Source: Moniliella sp. 'wahieum' (lineage: Eukaryota). Taken from it: a stretch of DNA of 64,000 bases. Shown in pieces: positions 49,496 through 62,200 of the stretch. The stretch is taken from assembly GCA_003971905.1 (NCBI GenBank), contig RSEE01000009.1:620001-684000 (forward strand). Reading direction: 5' to 3'. Every line of letters begins with the position of its first letter. Within the stretch, counting starts at the first letter, position 1. A model generated the notes under the pieces. That model worked only from the letters and a program-made list of their open reading frames with translations, was not told the origin of the DNA and made no database searches. The position numbers were made by a program, and so were the translations under genes.

Positions 49496-51717
49496 GCGCT
49501 GCCGGATAGCAGCAAACGGCTGAATGGAATCGGTCAACGCCGCGGTCAGCTGAGGGGGGCATTTTCCGGTAACTAAACGCTTTGGCAGCTGACGCTGGCC
49601 CCTCTGCTGCGGCGATGCATTTGCGTCGAGACAAAGGCCGTCGGTCGGTATTAGGCCTACGTCCCAATCTCCCTGCCCTACCACAGCGCTACTGGGCCCC
49701 ATACACCATCGACGATCCCACGAAGGGCCCATTTGGCCCCTGGCAATCACCAAAAACGCCACGCGTGTGGTGGCCTGTGCAGTGGATGCCATGTACGCAG
49801 TATAACAGGCACAATGATGACGCGATGTCGCCTGCGCCGCTCCCCAAGACGGCGCTCTTCCAAGTGGATCGATTGAGGCAGGGCATATGCAAGCGTACAC
49901 TTGCCGCCTAGCGGGCGGCTCTCGCTGGCCGGTGGGGGTGAGGATGGCGACGGCGGTGACGCGCGTGACGTGACGGCTGATCGTTGGATGGGCAATGGGG
50001 AGTAGTATAGTGTCGAATGCCGGCTGGGGCCCCACACGCCAGCGCGGCCAGCACGGGGGCAGTGAGAACCGCGTTGGCCTGCCCGCATCTCGCCCAAGGC
50101 TATTAACATGTTAACACCGCCGCCCATCAGGAACACAGCACAACGCACTTGGCTGTGGCGGGCGCATCCTAGGCTGAGGTTGTTGCCGCACCGAACCGAG
50201 CGGGCTGAGTGCTGGCCCCTTTGAAGAGCGTGAAGCTTCCACGTTATCGATCAGAGAAACCATCTCGATCATCGAGACCATCACTGGCTGCACCAGGCTG
50301 CACCCCCCCATCCCCGGGCCATCCACCGACTGCTCTCTTGCTGTGACAAAACGGTTCTCAGCCGTTCGGCTCAGCTTTCCATTCGTGCACCAGCGCTGTG
50401 CTTAGCCTCTGGCCAGTGGCCTCAGCCTATGCACTGGCGCTTTTTGCACCGTGCATCCTCTCCTCTCCTCTCCTCTCCTCGCCTCTCCGACCCACCCCCA
50501 TCGACCCCAAATCTACGCGCTCTTCGGAGGTGGGCCCCATCGCGTCATCAGATCCCCATCGCGTCCTGCGCCACAGGTTGATACCACGCTGGGAGATTCC
50601 CCGACGGACCTCCTTTATCGATCTTGATCGACCATCTTCCACACGCGACGCCATTGCAGCGGTTCTACCATCGCCATGTCAACACGCCACACGCACATGC
50701 CACACCGCGACACGATGATAGTAATACTTGTCCCACAGCAAGTGCTATACCCTTCTCCCGCCCACCCAGCGTCACTGACGAGCCGGCATTTTTGTGCTCG
50801 GTCTGATATACGAGGCAAGGCACATGCAGGATGCCCAACCGGGGTTAAACTTTTTCCTGTACACGTGCATTGGTAGAGAGTATACCCAAGGATGGGAGGG
50901 GACGAGCTGGGATGCAAACGAATAGCCTGCCCCTGCCCCCGGGGCCATGGCCATTTCGCCCAACTGATGTCACCGGAGTGGCGAAGGTGCCCGTTTTCCA
51001 CAGTCTATCTCGAATAGAAAGAGGGCCAGCACAGGGGCACGAGAACGCCACCGCTGTGGCGTTGCAGAAGAGCAGTTAGATTGGCCAGACGGACCGACGG
51101 CTTGCTCTCCTTCCCTCGGGCTGCGTCTTCGTCAGAACAGATGATTTGCTCTGACAGCAGAGCGCACACGCGTCTCTCCATGTGCCCCGTGCATGATCTA
51201 TAGCTTCTTGCTGCGACCCACTCGACGGGGAGAAAAAGGTGTCGAACCACATCATCCTAGTAGAGTACTGGCACGTAGTTCCCTCCCCATCAGAAGGCAA
51301 GAGGAGCTGTCACAGTGACATGTCCGCATGGGCGTTGCGGAGGAGATACGTCTCCACGCTACATTCTACCCACGCTGGTCATATACCTCTCTCCTCTCCG
51401 TCTCTCTCTTCTCTCTTCTCTCTTCCTGTCGATCCGGCAACGACTCGGACCCTGGAATGCCACTAGTGTCTGCTCGCCCCCTTGGTTCATAGAGGCACCA
51501 AGGAACCGTCCCAGCCCTACGAAGCCCACCCGCGCACGAACACGAAACCAAACAACAAGCATTACAACACGGCATACATGGTGAGCATCCCTTTCTCCAG
51601 CAGGGACGAAAAAAAAAAAAAAAAAGATCAGGCAGCAAAGCAGGCGCAAGGCAAGTAGCCTCCCCCTCCAGCGGCACAGCCCCAGCCACCGCGAGCAGCC
51701 ACGCGACCAGGTAGGCC

Positions 51718-54433
51718 TTAGGACAGGTCCTGCCCCGCTGCCCAGTCCGCCAACGAAATTGTCCCGTGGGAGGGGCGGCGAGCGCCGGGGAAGGCGGGAG
51801 GAAGGGCGGGGCGAGGCGGTGGGGAGCGAAGCGCGAGCCAATCAAACTCGGGTCCGGGCGCGGGTGCGCGCAGCGGCAGAGGCGGGTTTGCAACATGGCG
51901 GGCGGGCGAGCTGGCGGGACCAAATGTCTGCTCCGAAGGCTCGATGGGCGGGCAGTGGCGCGCAAGCCAAACCAAGGGTGCCGCTCAATGTCCTTCCTCC
52001 CGCCAGCCAGCTGGCCCAAGCAAGGAGAAAGAGAGAGGAGGGATTGAGCAAGCCAAAGAGGAGGTGCGTGACGTGCTGCAGTTCCGCCCCGGGCGCAGCG
52101 GCAAACGCTGGCGCCAACGCGTCCGCCACAGGTACCGACGTGATGCCCTTAAGAATCAGCTGGGACAGGCGGTCGTTGCTGTAGGGCGCACGTGGGCTGA
52201 GGGGCGATGTGCGTGTGGAGCTGGCGGGGTCGCTTTGCGTCGAGTCGGACCAAGGACTGGTAACGAGCGGAACCTGCGCCTTTCGTCGTTGGCCATCGGG
52301 AGCAAACGGGGTGTGACCGGCGAGCAACTCAAAGAGCAAGATGCCCAGTGCCCAAAAATCGACCGCCGCTGTGTAGCTTGTTTTCTGGATCACCTCGGGG
52401 GCAGTGAACTCGTCCAGGTCGACCAACGGCAATGGGGGGAGCGTAGACGGTCGGCGTTCCGACAAGGCGCCTGGGTCGCCCTCATAGGGTATGGGTACCG
52501 GGGGCACCGGAAGCAAAAACTGGGCCTGGCCAAACCCAGCAAGCTTGATATACCCATCCGAACCAAGCAGCACGTTTTCGGGCTTGACGCCGCCATGGAC
52601 AATGTGGCGCGAATGGACAAAGTCCAAGGCGTCCAGAAGGCTAGCAAGGTAAAAGCGGGCCATCGAGGGAGCCATGCGGTGGTCCGTGCAGTGATCCAAC
52701 AGTTGGAACAGATTGCCCCCTGGCACATACTCGAGCATGACAAAGTCGCGCGATTCGTGGCGGAGCGAAGTGTAAAATTCGACAATCAAGTCGTGCTTCA
52801 GACTGGAGAGCAGCTCGGGATCCGTTGTCCCCTTGTCCTTTCGCGTTACCTTGACGACAGCCAGATCGCCCAACCGAGCGGGCGAGCGAGTTTGTTCCTC
52901 GGGTGGACGAGGATCGACAAGGAGCACACGGCTGCGCCGCCCAGCATCCAGGGATTGACGAACACGGATCGTGTCCAAGCGAAACTCGGGAGGCGACGCT
53001 CGGCCGATCAAGTTGGAAAACGGGGCGGCGGACGAGGCGTGCTGCGGCGAAGTGGCAACAATGCGGGGCGGCGGACGAGGTGCATGCGAGGGGTGAATCA
53101 GCCCGGGCAACGACAAGGAAGGGCCTCCGCTCGTCTGAGACGCATGGGGGGAGTAGTGAGCAGGATAGGCGGGTGTACCGCTGTCCCATGGATGCGTTCG
53201 TGCCACGCGAGAGGCGGGTCGCGGATCGCGCGATGACAGGTCCCAGGGACGCTGCGGTGGCGGGTAGGACGGATGGGCAGAGCGGGGGGCATGATGCGGG
53301 CCAAGCGCGCGAGTCCAATCTTGCGGCAAGCGTCCTGGTGACAGGGGGCCAGCAGAGTGTGATGCACGCGGCGAAGTCCGCGGCGGGTTCACGAGCGAGT
53401 AGGAACCTGTCCGCCGATGCAACGACGAAGCGTAGGGCGCGGGTAAGGGGGGCACACCTAACGAGCGCAGCGAAGGCAGTGGCTCGCCCTTGGTCGTGTT
53501 CGTCCTTCCTGCGGCAGGACCCAACAGGGGTCCCGTCGACGATCCTGTGGACTTGCGAGCGGCGGGGGGCGGTCGGGTGGGGTAGGAGGGAAGATGTAGG
53601 TCTGGCTCCAGGAGACGTGTGTGTAGTGGGCCATACAGGGGGACGGGCAGCGTTTCTTGTGGAGCCCCATGGCGGGTTAGCAGCGGGTGCCGAGGCAGGC
53701 GGGCGGTCGCGGTGGGAGGCAGTGTGGCTGGCCCTGCGCTCAAGAACGGCTGGGTCGGTTTGGACGGAAAGTTGCATGGCTGGAACCTTGCGCCGCTTGG
53801 CAGGAGGAGGGTGGATGAGCGAGGGCGAGGTGGTGATGGATGAGGCGGGCGGGAGAGATGAGGCGGCGGGGTAGGCGTAATGGTAACTCCGTGCTCGCGG
53901 GCCCATAAAAGGGCGGTGCGGGAGAGCTGGTGTTCGGCGAGCTCGAGGCCGAGGTGCTCGCGGAGGGACTCGCGAACGGAGGAGGGACGTTATTGGGAGG
54001 CAGAGATGCTAGGGGAGTAGTGTACGGTGGCACGCCCGCCTTGGGAGAGTCGGAAGACGTGGCGCTGGGCTGGGCGGTGGCCCAGGTACGCAACAAGGTC
54101 TGGTCTGCCGTATCACGCACCGTTCGAGGCGGGAGCGGAGCGAGGCAGGCAGACGGGCGGTGCCTGTCCGCCGCAGCGTGCCGGGCGGGGACATGCCAGT
54201 GCTGGGGGAGGGGGAGGGAGAGGGGGAGGGGGAGGTGGGCAGGGAGAGTGCCTCGGCGAGGGAAAGGCCGGCCCAGGTTACGATGGGGTCAGGGCGGTGT
54301 GGGTGGGGACGAGGAGGTGACGCTGGGCGAGCGCGCGATCGGGGTCGGAGGTGCCGCCGCAGAGAGCGGCAAGCGCCATGCGGTCGGTGGACGGCGGCGG
54401 GGCTGGGGATGGGGTGTGAGAGGAGAGCGGCAT
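51718..54433 (-). CDS. PKA-catalytic-subunit-like (AGC) kinase-fold protein, predicted pseudokinase, with long Pro/Ser-rich N-terminus
   Basis: MLEYVPGGNLF, ARFY, HGGVKPENVLL, KLAGFG, APEVI, AVDFWALGILLFELLAGHTPF, DIERHPWF; start approximate. Confidence 0.85.
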
Positions 54434-56015
54434 GGGGGGGGGGGGGCGGCGGCAGCAGCAGGAGCGATGGAGGTGGGGATGGGGATGGCGGTGGGGATGG
54501 CGGAGGGAATGGCGGTGGGAATGGCGATGGCGATGGCAGGAGAAGGGATGCTGGCGTGGGGATGGGATGGATGGGTGGAGGGGGGCAGAGCGCTGCCAAC
54601 TCCGCCTGGCGGCACGCGGCGGTCCGCGGCGACACGGGGGCAGCTGTGTGCGGGCTGGCGCCTGTGCTCCCAGCCGCCCAGCGCAGCGCAGCGCAGGCAG
54701 CGCACCCTGGCCGCGCCTGGCCACCAGCCACGCTGCCCCAGACGGCCCGTGCCTGGGTGTGAACAGTGGCTAGTGGCCAGTGAAACTTGCAACCGCCTGT
54801 CCGCGACTCGTGACGCGTGACGCATGCAAGGGCAGCATGCTCATGCATGCATGCTGCTGCGGCTGTGCGGTGCTCCGATATGCTGACACCCACACTGCTC
54901 CAGCAGGCAGGCCGCAGGATCGATCATCCGATCATCGATCATCTCCCTTGCATGCATGCGTCCAGCTTGCCCTTGCCGTGCTGCAACCAGCACGCGGCAG
55001 TGCTGGGGTGTGCTGCGCCCCATCAAGCGCCCCATTGCCATGCAATGCACATGCATCACACATCCCCATCACCCATCTGATCATGCAACCCGCGCTCTGC
55101 TGCGCACCCACTGCTCCTCTCAGCAGGCGATCGACACGCCGGAGCAGCGCCAGACACCGATGTTCCGCCGAGGCGGGCTCCGCTGCCAAGATAGGGTGGC
55201 CCTGTGCCTGCTGCCCCCAGCCGCGTACAACACAGCAGCAGAGCCCAAGCCGTCCCAGCATCGCTGCCACCACGGGCTGCTGTCGGGCAGCAGTGCAGCA
55301 GCAGCCAACCGCAGCCATCATCTTTCTGGCTAGGCTTTGGCTAGGCTCTGGCTAGGCTGGCGCTTCCCCCATTCATCGGCCACCGCCGTCATTAAATTGA
55401 TGGCGGTGAGTACTCAGATTGAGTACCGAGTTTCATCGGCATCGGCCCTCCCCGTCACGCGTCACGCGCCATGCACATGTGCGCAGTGCGGCAGTTACAT
55501 GATACACGTTTACCGGCTTGGGTTTGTGAAACGCATTGTTCGGCTCGACACGAATGGCCCAGTGCTCTGGCTTGAAGCTTGAGTAGATCTTAGCGCTTAG
55601 CAGGCTCTAGCAGCCTAGCGCGGGAGGACGCCCATTGGAGTACGGGTGCCGGTGGCAGTGCGTCTGGACACCGTCTCCGCCCGCAGCCCCCGAGTCCCAG
55701 GGCGGTGTGGAGGGGGGGGCAGGGTGGGGCACGGAGCGCAGCCATCGCCACCGGCCATCCATCCATCGATCATCGACAATCGGCTCATGCACCGATTACG
55801 CCGACGCTGATACACCCGTAGCTAGCTAGTACCAGGCATATGACATGGAAAAGGCTCCGACCTGCTCCAACCAATTGGAACACCGCAGCGCTGACTCAAA
55901 GTTGAATCAAATGATCGGCTGATTCTAGGGTGGCGACCGGTGACCGGTGGCCGGTGTTTAACGACCGGTGATCACATATGTCTGGAGCTTGAAGCTCTTG
56001 AAGCTTAAAGCTTGC

Positions 56016-56046
56016 TGCATGATGCATGATGCATGATGCATGATGC
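56016..56046. repeat. 7-bp tandem repeat (TGCATGA) about x4.4
   Basis: Read directly; the unit is palindrome ATGCAT plus G. Confidence 0.95.
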
Positions 56047-57547
56047 TAAGCGCTTGAATGATCGATAATCGATAATCATTAATCAACACTGGTCGATGAC
56101 CTTTCTAGCCGCACCTGCCGCACCTGCCGCACCTGCCGTACCCGGCCCCTCCCCATTCTACCCCGAATAACTAACCAGCTCTCCGTACCAGATTTTACTG
56201 GTACAAGGCTCTTGAAGCTTGAGAGGTTGAACGCTGAGGCTGAGCGCGGACTAATGACTAGCGCTGAGCGGCTCCGCGCTGACCAGCTGTCACGGGCGGG
56301 CCCGCCAGGGGGCTCACCCAGGTTCTTGGGGTACAATCCCTTAGGAGACGGAAGGAAGACGACTCACGTAGTTTCGGGCTTGGGCTGGTTGGTGAATCCG
56401 AGCGAGCTAGGGACGAGGAGAGGCCTTTGGTGGGGCGGCTGCACGCGTGGCAAGGCTGCGTCTGCACCGGCTTGGGCCGTAGTAACGTGTCTGAAGCCTC
56501 CGGGACTTAGGGACGGGAGGAGGCAGAGGGGGACAAACACTGCCTCAACTGAGACTGGGAATCGACGCGACCAAAGGAGGGCTCGCGCGACTGGACTGAC
56601 GAAGGGCTGGAGGACGAGGTCGGAGGAGATGTCGGACGCTAACAAGAGGAGCTGCCTGTACTGGATCAATTGGCTGGAAAACGGGCAGGAGTCGGACAGG
56701 ATAGGCGGGAAAGGACGACGAAATGGAGGGTAGGGGAAAGGATCCCCCACCAACCAGGGGTACAGGCTAAATCAAAAAGGGGAACGGACACAAAAGGGGG
56801 TGTAGAAAGGAAGACACGTCAAAAGCGGGGGTGGTCGCCGCAGGCGCGACCGAGAAAGGAAAATGAAACGGGGACGGGGTGACAGACGTCGCCACGGCAC
56901 TGGAAGCTCGGTCGTCTTTTATTTAGGCCGGCCGACTTGGACTTGGGCGGGGGGCGACTATTGCGGCGCGGATGCATGGCCCTTCGGCCACGATGCTTAA
57001 TTTAGCCAACCATCATTGCATCATCATGCATCACACTTGGTTGGCCTGCTGAGCACGCTCTACTGGGCATGTGCGGAGCAGGCGGGCCCTAGCTTGGGTC
57101 GGACCATCTCGTGTCCGCCGCAGCCCGTGACACCAGCTCTGAATCAGACTAGTGACTTTCCCAACGTCGCCCTCTGCGGAGCACCGGCAGCACAGCACAG
57201 CCCCATGTCTGGCTCGCACGCCCAAGGTCTCAGTATATATCTCAGCTGAGAACTCAGTTGCCTCTCTTCAATCTGTACGAGGAGACCATCGGGCCTACGG
57301 CCCGGTCAGCTGGGCTTCGCCCAGCTTGGTGCTGCGTCGCAGCCGCCACCGTTCCCCCGGTCCCCCGTCGCCACCTTAGCCACCGTTCCCCCTTCGCCAG
57401 CGTAGTTATAATATCACCGATACGCGCTGGCTGGGGTGGCTGGGGTGGCTGGCTGTGCCCCCGGTGGCTTACGCAATGCATGTAAAAGAGTGGTGCACAC
57501 CCCGTTTGGGATTCTAATATAGTATCTGTATGTATAACGCTCTAGCT

Positions 57548-57571
57548 AGCTTCAAGCTTCAAGCTTCAAGC
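57548..57571. repeat. 7-bp tandem repeat (AAGCTTC) about x3.5
   Basis: Read directly; the unit is palindrome AAGCTT plus C. Confidence 0.9.
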
Positions 57572-59240
57572 GGCCATCAGCCATCGATCATCATGCATCA
57601 AGCACCATGCATCAAGGTGTCAGGGCGTGTGCCGGTCTGTGGGCTTCCTTCTGACGATTTTCAGTCGTTCGGACCGTTCAGACGCTTATGGAATTCAAGA
57701 CGCTGAGCTCAGATAATCGATAATCGATAAGTACTAAGTACTAGTAATAGACGGCGACCCCGTTAGGACGTTCAACTTGAACGCCAGGCGATCAGACGTG
57801 GAGCTAGCTTTGCAAATTGAGATGGGGCCTCAGCCTGAGGCCCTGGGGCCAGCAGCGAGTGTTCAGCTTGACCAACAGGGCTTGTTTGCTTGCTGCGCGT
57901 CACCGGCCGCCGCAGAGGTGCTGCGAAGCTCGAAGCCACCATTAAGCTTGAAGCTCTTGAAGCTTCCAAGTCCCGGACTTGCTCTCGTACCGCGTACCTG
58001 GACAGGCCTAGGGCCTGGGCAACGCACACCGTGTGCCTGACGCCCGAGAGGTAATGATTACCTCAATTACCCACCGGTCTTCCCCCTAGCCGGCGGTATT
58101 TCGGAGGCGAAAACAGGCCGAGCCTCGCCGTCGACCATCGAGCTGACGTTACGCGTTACGCGTTACCATTGCATAGGTCAGCGCGTCAGCACCTTATGCA
58201 TTCCGCTCGCCCATCGGTCATCCATTCGTTGCTTAGCGCTTATCACCCATCATGCAACATGCATCATGCACCATACATCACACGTCACAGATCGCAGGTC
58301 ACGTGCTTTTACGCCACACATCAAAATCCAAACGAAGTAAAATTTAAGGCTGTCAAGTTGAACGTTCAACACGCCGAACGGTGTGACAGTGGTGTGACAG
58401 GGCTAGTGACATTGTGACAGGACTGTCACCGTGACATTGCAGATCTGGCTAGTAATGCACATGGATCATTGGTGCTGCATGGTCAAGCTCAAGCTGGGCG
58501 CTGATGCTGATGCAGATGGGAATGGTTGGAGGAGAGGGTTAGAGAGGGTATTGTTGGTGTGCGTTGGGCGACCGCCCGCCTTTGACAGTGTTTGGACTGG
58601 CGGCGACCGGACGAGAGCTGGCTTGGAAGACCGTGGGAACCGGTGGGGGCGTTGCTGGTTGTGCTGTTGTGCCCTGCTCTGCCTGGAAGCTGGACACGAG
58701 AGCGGAGGTGGGGACCGAGGGGGAACGTTGACGCAAAGGCACAGTGCCAATGCCGCTTGGCCCGTGTGCAGGCAGGGAGGCCTGAGGCCTGTCAAGCCAG
58801 ACACAATGGGCTCCTGGGCGCCACCCGCAGCACCAGACAAGCCCCGTGCGTGGGGCCGGTCGCGCGCACCCCCTCAGTGGCCGCATGCCTGGGGCCTCGC
58901 CTGCTGCCAGCCCCTGGAGCGCCGCTTGCACAGCGCCCCCGTGCTCGTCCCCTCCCATCCCCGCGTCGCGCTGTGCCGCCACGCGTCATCGTCACGCGTG
59001 ACACGTCTGGGATTAAGAATGCACTGCTCCGTTTGGTCTCTCTCAGCGCTCAGCGGCGCCTGAGGCCTCAGCCTGAGGGGTGGATGCGTCCGAGCAGCCG
59101 CCATCACCACCACCATCTGCTCGCGTCCGCTCATCATCCCCACCATCCCCACCACCATCCCCCCACCATCCCCACCACCATCCCTACCCCATCCCCACCA
59201 CCACCACCCCTCTCCTCTCCCTTCTGCAGGCCCAGGCCTA

Positions 59241-62200
59241 ATGGCGTCTCCGGCCGCCATGCGCGACGGCAAGGCTGCCAAGGTCGTGTACGTCCAGGGC
59301 GGGGACGTATTTGATGCGATCGTCGCCATGAGCAACCCTGCCCATCCGCAGCACTCGTCACTCCGTCTACCAGCCCAGATCGGGCCTCTGCTCACCCCCA
59401 CCGCCACCAGCCCGCGCTCACCGCCCCGCTCTGGCCCGCGCTCCCACTCTCCTTCCCACTCCCACTCTCGCTCCCAAGAGCCGTCCCCCTCCATGCGCAG
59501 AAGCGCCACTCCACCCGTCACCGCTCCAGCCACAGCCCCAACATGCACCCTCGCTCGCCTCGCGTCTCCCGTACCCGCGCCGCATCTCCCGCCTTATGGG
59601 TGCGTCCTCTTGGGCGCCGTCGTCGGCCGTCATGGGTGCGTCACAGATGGGTGCCTCGGCGACCGCCAATCACACTGCCGGCTCGTCCGCTGTCCAGTCC
59701 CTCGGCCTGCGCAGCGGCTCGGCCCGCGCTACCAGTGCGACTGGCACCAGTGGTGGGCTCCCCCGCCCGCCCGCCAGTCCTACCATGCGGACTCCTCGCC
59801 AACGAATGGGGATTGCGGTGAGCGAGGAGGCGCTCGACCTCTCTCCCCTTCACCCATTCTTCTGGTCTGTCTACCATAGGCCATGCGACCCCACACACCA
59901 CCGAGTCCTCTGCCTTCCTCACCATTGAGAACAGCGTGTCCGCCTTGCCTCCTGCCCACGAAGTGCCGACGGAGCAAGAGCGCGACTCGGCGGATGCCCG
60001 TTCGGAGCGACACGCCGTCGATCCCAAGCTCCGCCACTCCCGCTCCCGCCCTGAATCCTCCCGATCGTCCAAGTCCAAAAACTTCTTCTAGCTCGCGTAA
60101 GGTAGCCTCCTCACATGAGCCCAGTCTGTCGGTCCGGCGCAGCCTCAGAGTCGTCGCCGACTGGCAGGACGCAATGCGGCATTCGCCTCGCGCTCCTCGG
60201 TAGCAGCACTCTCCGAGGGCCCCCGCTCCTCGCCCCGGCGCGACGATGCCTCCCACACAGCGTCGTCAGACTCGTGCGTTGCCTCGTCCTTTTCCGCCGA
60301 GGCGCTTGACAAACACGTGTCCCATGCATCGACGCAGTCCAACACCAAAACGGGGTCTGGAGCACCGCGGGAGCCGACCGACCCAGCGCAAGCGGCGGTC
60401 GTGGCGCAGGCCAAAGCGAAGGCCCAGAATGTTCAGAAGAGCAAGGCAGCTCAAGAGGCCCGGCAACCCAGCCCGCCCCTTGTTCGTCCTACTGCCCATA
60501 AGGCAAACAAGTCGGCCACCTCGGCGCCCACCCTCGCGCATCAGTCTTCCAGTCCTTCCTTGCGAGCACTGAAGATGCAACACGGCCACTCCCAGTCGGC
60601 CACATTCAATGCCGATCCACTTTTGTCTACTCAGTCCCGCCGTTCGTCAACACGATCGGCCCGGTCTGACGCTAAGAACTCACCTCCAGCCAGTCTTCAC
60701 AGTGTTCGTTTTTTTTCCCCAAATTCTCGTCATTACTTATGCGCCTTGCCGTACTAACACCCATCTTTTTAGCTCCACCGACACCAATCTCAGTCGTCTA
60801 TCAAATCGGCTCACTCCGCCGGCACACCGGACTTGGAGAGAACAGTGTCCACGCCCACACCTGATCTTATCCCTGGCAAGGCGGGCGGGCGACGCACGGG
60901 ACTTACGACTGCGCGCCATGTACCGTCGAAGCGATCGGTGCTGACTCGCGCCTCGTCCCAATCTGGTTCGTCGCACTTGCTGGACGAGTTTGGTAATTCT
61001 TCCCAAGCCGAGCCGAGTGGGTTATATGCCGATGCGGAAAGCACAACCGGAACCGACTCCATTAGCGCACCTTATTCTTCGTCCATCGCTCATCCTCACA
61101 TTGGAGGGGACGATACCTGGTCCCTTACCCCCTCCATCCCCCGGGGTATGACATACGACGAACAACACAACATCTTGTGATTGCCCCACCCCCCCACGGG
61201 CTCCGCGTCTTCCGCCCTCAACGGTCAGTGGACCGACCCGGAAGCAGACGGGCCCGGCCAAGGCGTTGCCCCTCCACAATACCGACTCTGCCCCGTCGCT
61301 TTCCAGTCGCCAAGGGGTGCCGGGATTGTCCGCGCCGCCAGCCATGCCAATCACTGGCACAGGACAACGTGCGCCTGTGCCGGCAGAGTCAAGCCACCGT
61401 CGTCCCAAGTCCAGTCACACTCATCTCAATTCGGTCGAGCAGCGCTCGCTCCTAGCCAGCAACGAATACCACATCCCCTCTCGTCTGGATACGGGGCCGG
61501 GTCCCGAGCTTTCGAAGACCAATGTGGCAGGTACGTTGCCTGGGGTCTCGTCCGTCTCGCTGGTACCTGGGATGACAGACCTCCGACGGAGAGGGTCTGT
61601 TCCCGCGGACCGTCGCCGGTGCGTGCCATGCCACCTCGCCCTGCCTCCGCTGCAGCTCGCGCCGCAATGCCCTCCAACGTCAACCCACCGCAGCACGGAC
61701 CGGGGGCAAGATGGCCGAACTTGGGGTCAAACTGCACTTTTTGTCACGCTACCCCAAATCGGCGGGCCATGACGCGCCGCTGGCCCGAGCTGGGTGGGAC
61801 CCGGACAATGGCTATGTAGTCATTGACACCCCTCATGGAAATGAGTTGGTCGACACCCGTTCGCTTCTGTCCCAAGAGCAAAGCAGCAGGATCAAGTGCA
61901 CCTTGTTCCTCCCCCTCGTCGGGCCAGTGCGCCGCCTGGGCGGGGCGATGACGACTTGGTGGAGGACCTGGCCGAGCCCACTGTGCCGGGGCAGAACGGG
62001 CAACCCGGCAACGCTGGCCAACCCACGGCCGCTGAGCGGCTGTTGGCAGCCTACCGTGCAGGCCTTCCTTTGCCTTCGGATTCTGTTCATTCGCTCGTGT
62101 CTTCCACCCCTGGCGTCACACATCTGCCGTTGCTGCGGCGATCGCGGACCATGCCCAACTGGACAACTCAGACGCACAAGTGATGCAGTCTGCCTTTGAG

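Noticed and set aside
51944..53236. 430-aa + strand ORF, and similar long antisense ORFs over RPB8, FMP52 and PBS2
   Set aside because: Shadow ORFs expected from GC-rich codon bias on the opposite strand; no independent motifs
54400..55350. Cys/Ala/His-rich short ORFs upstream of the pseudokinase
   Set aside because: Arise from TGCA/GCAGC-rich low-complexity intergenic sequence; no consistent coding frame
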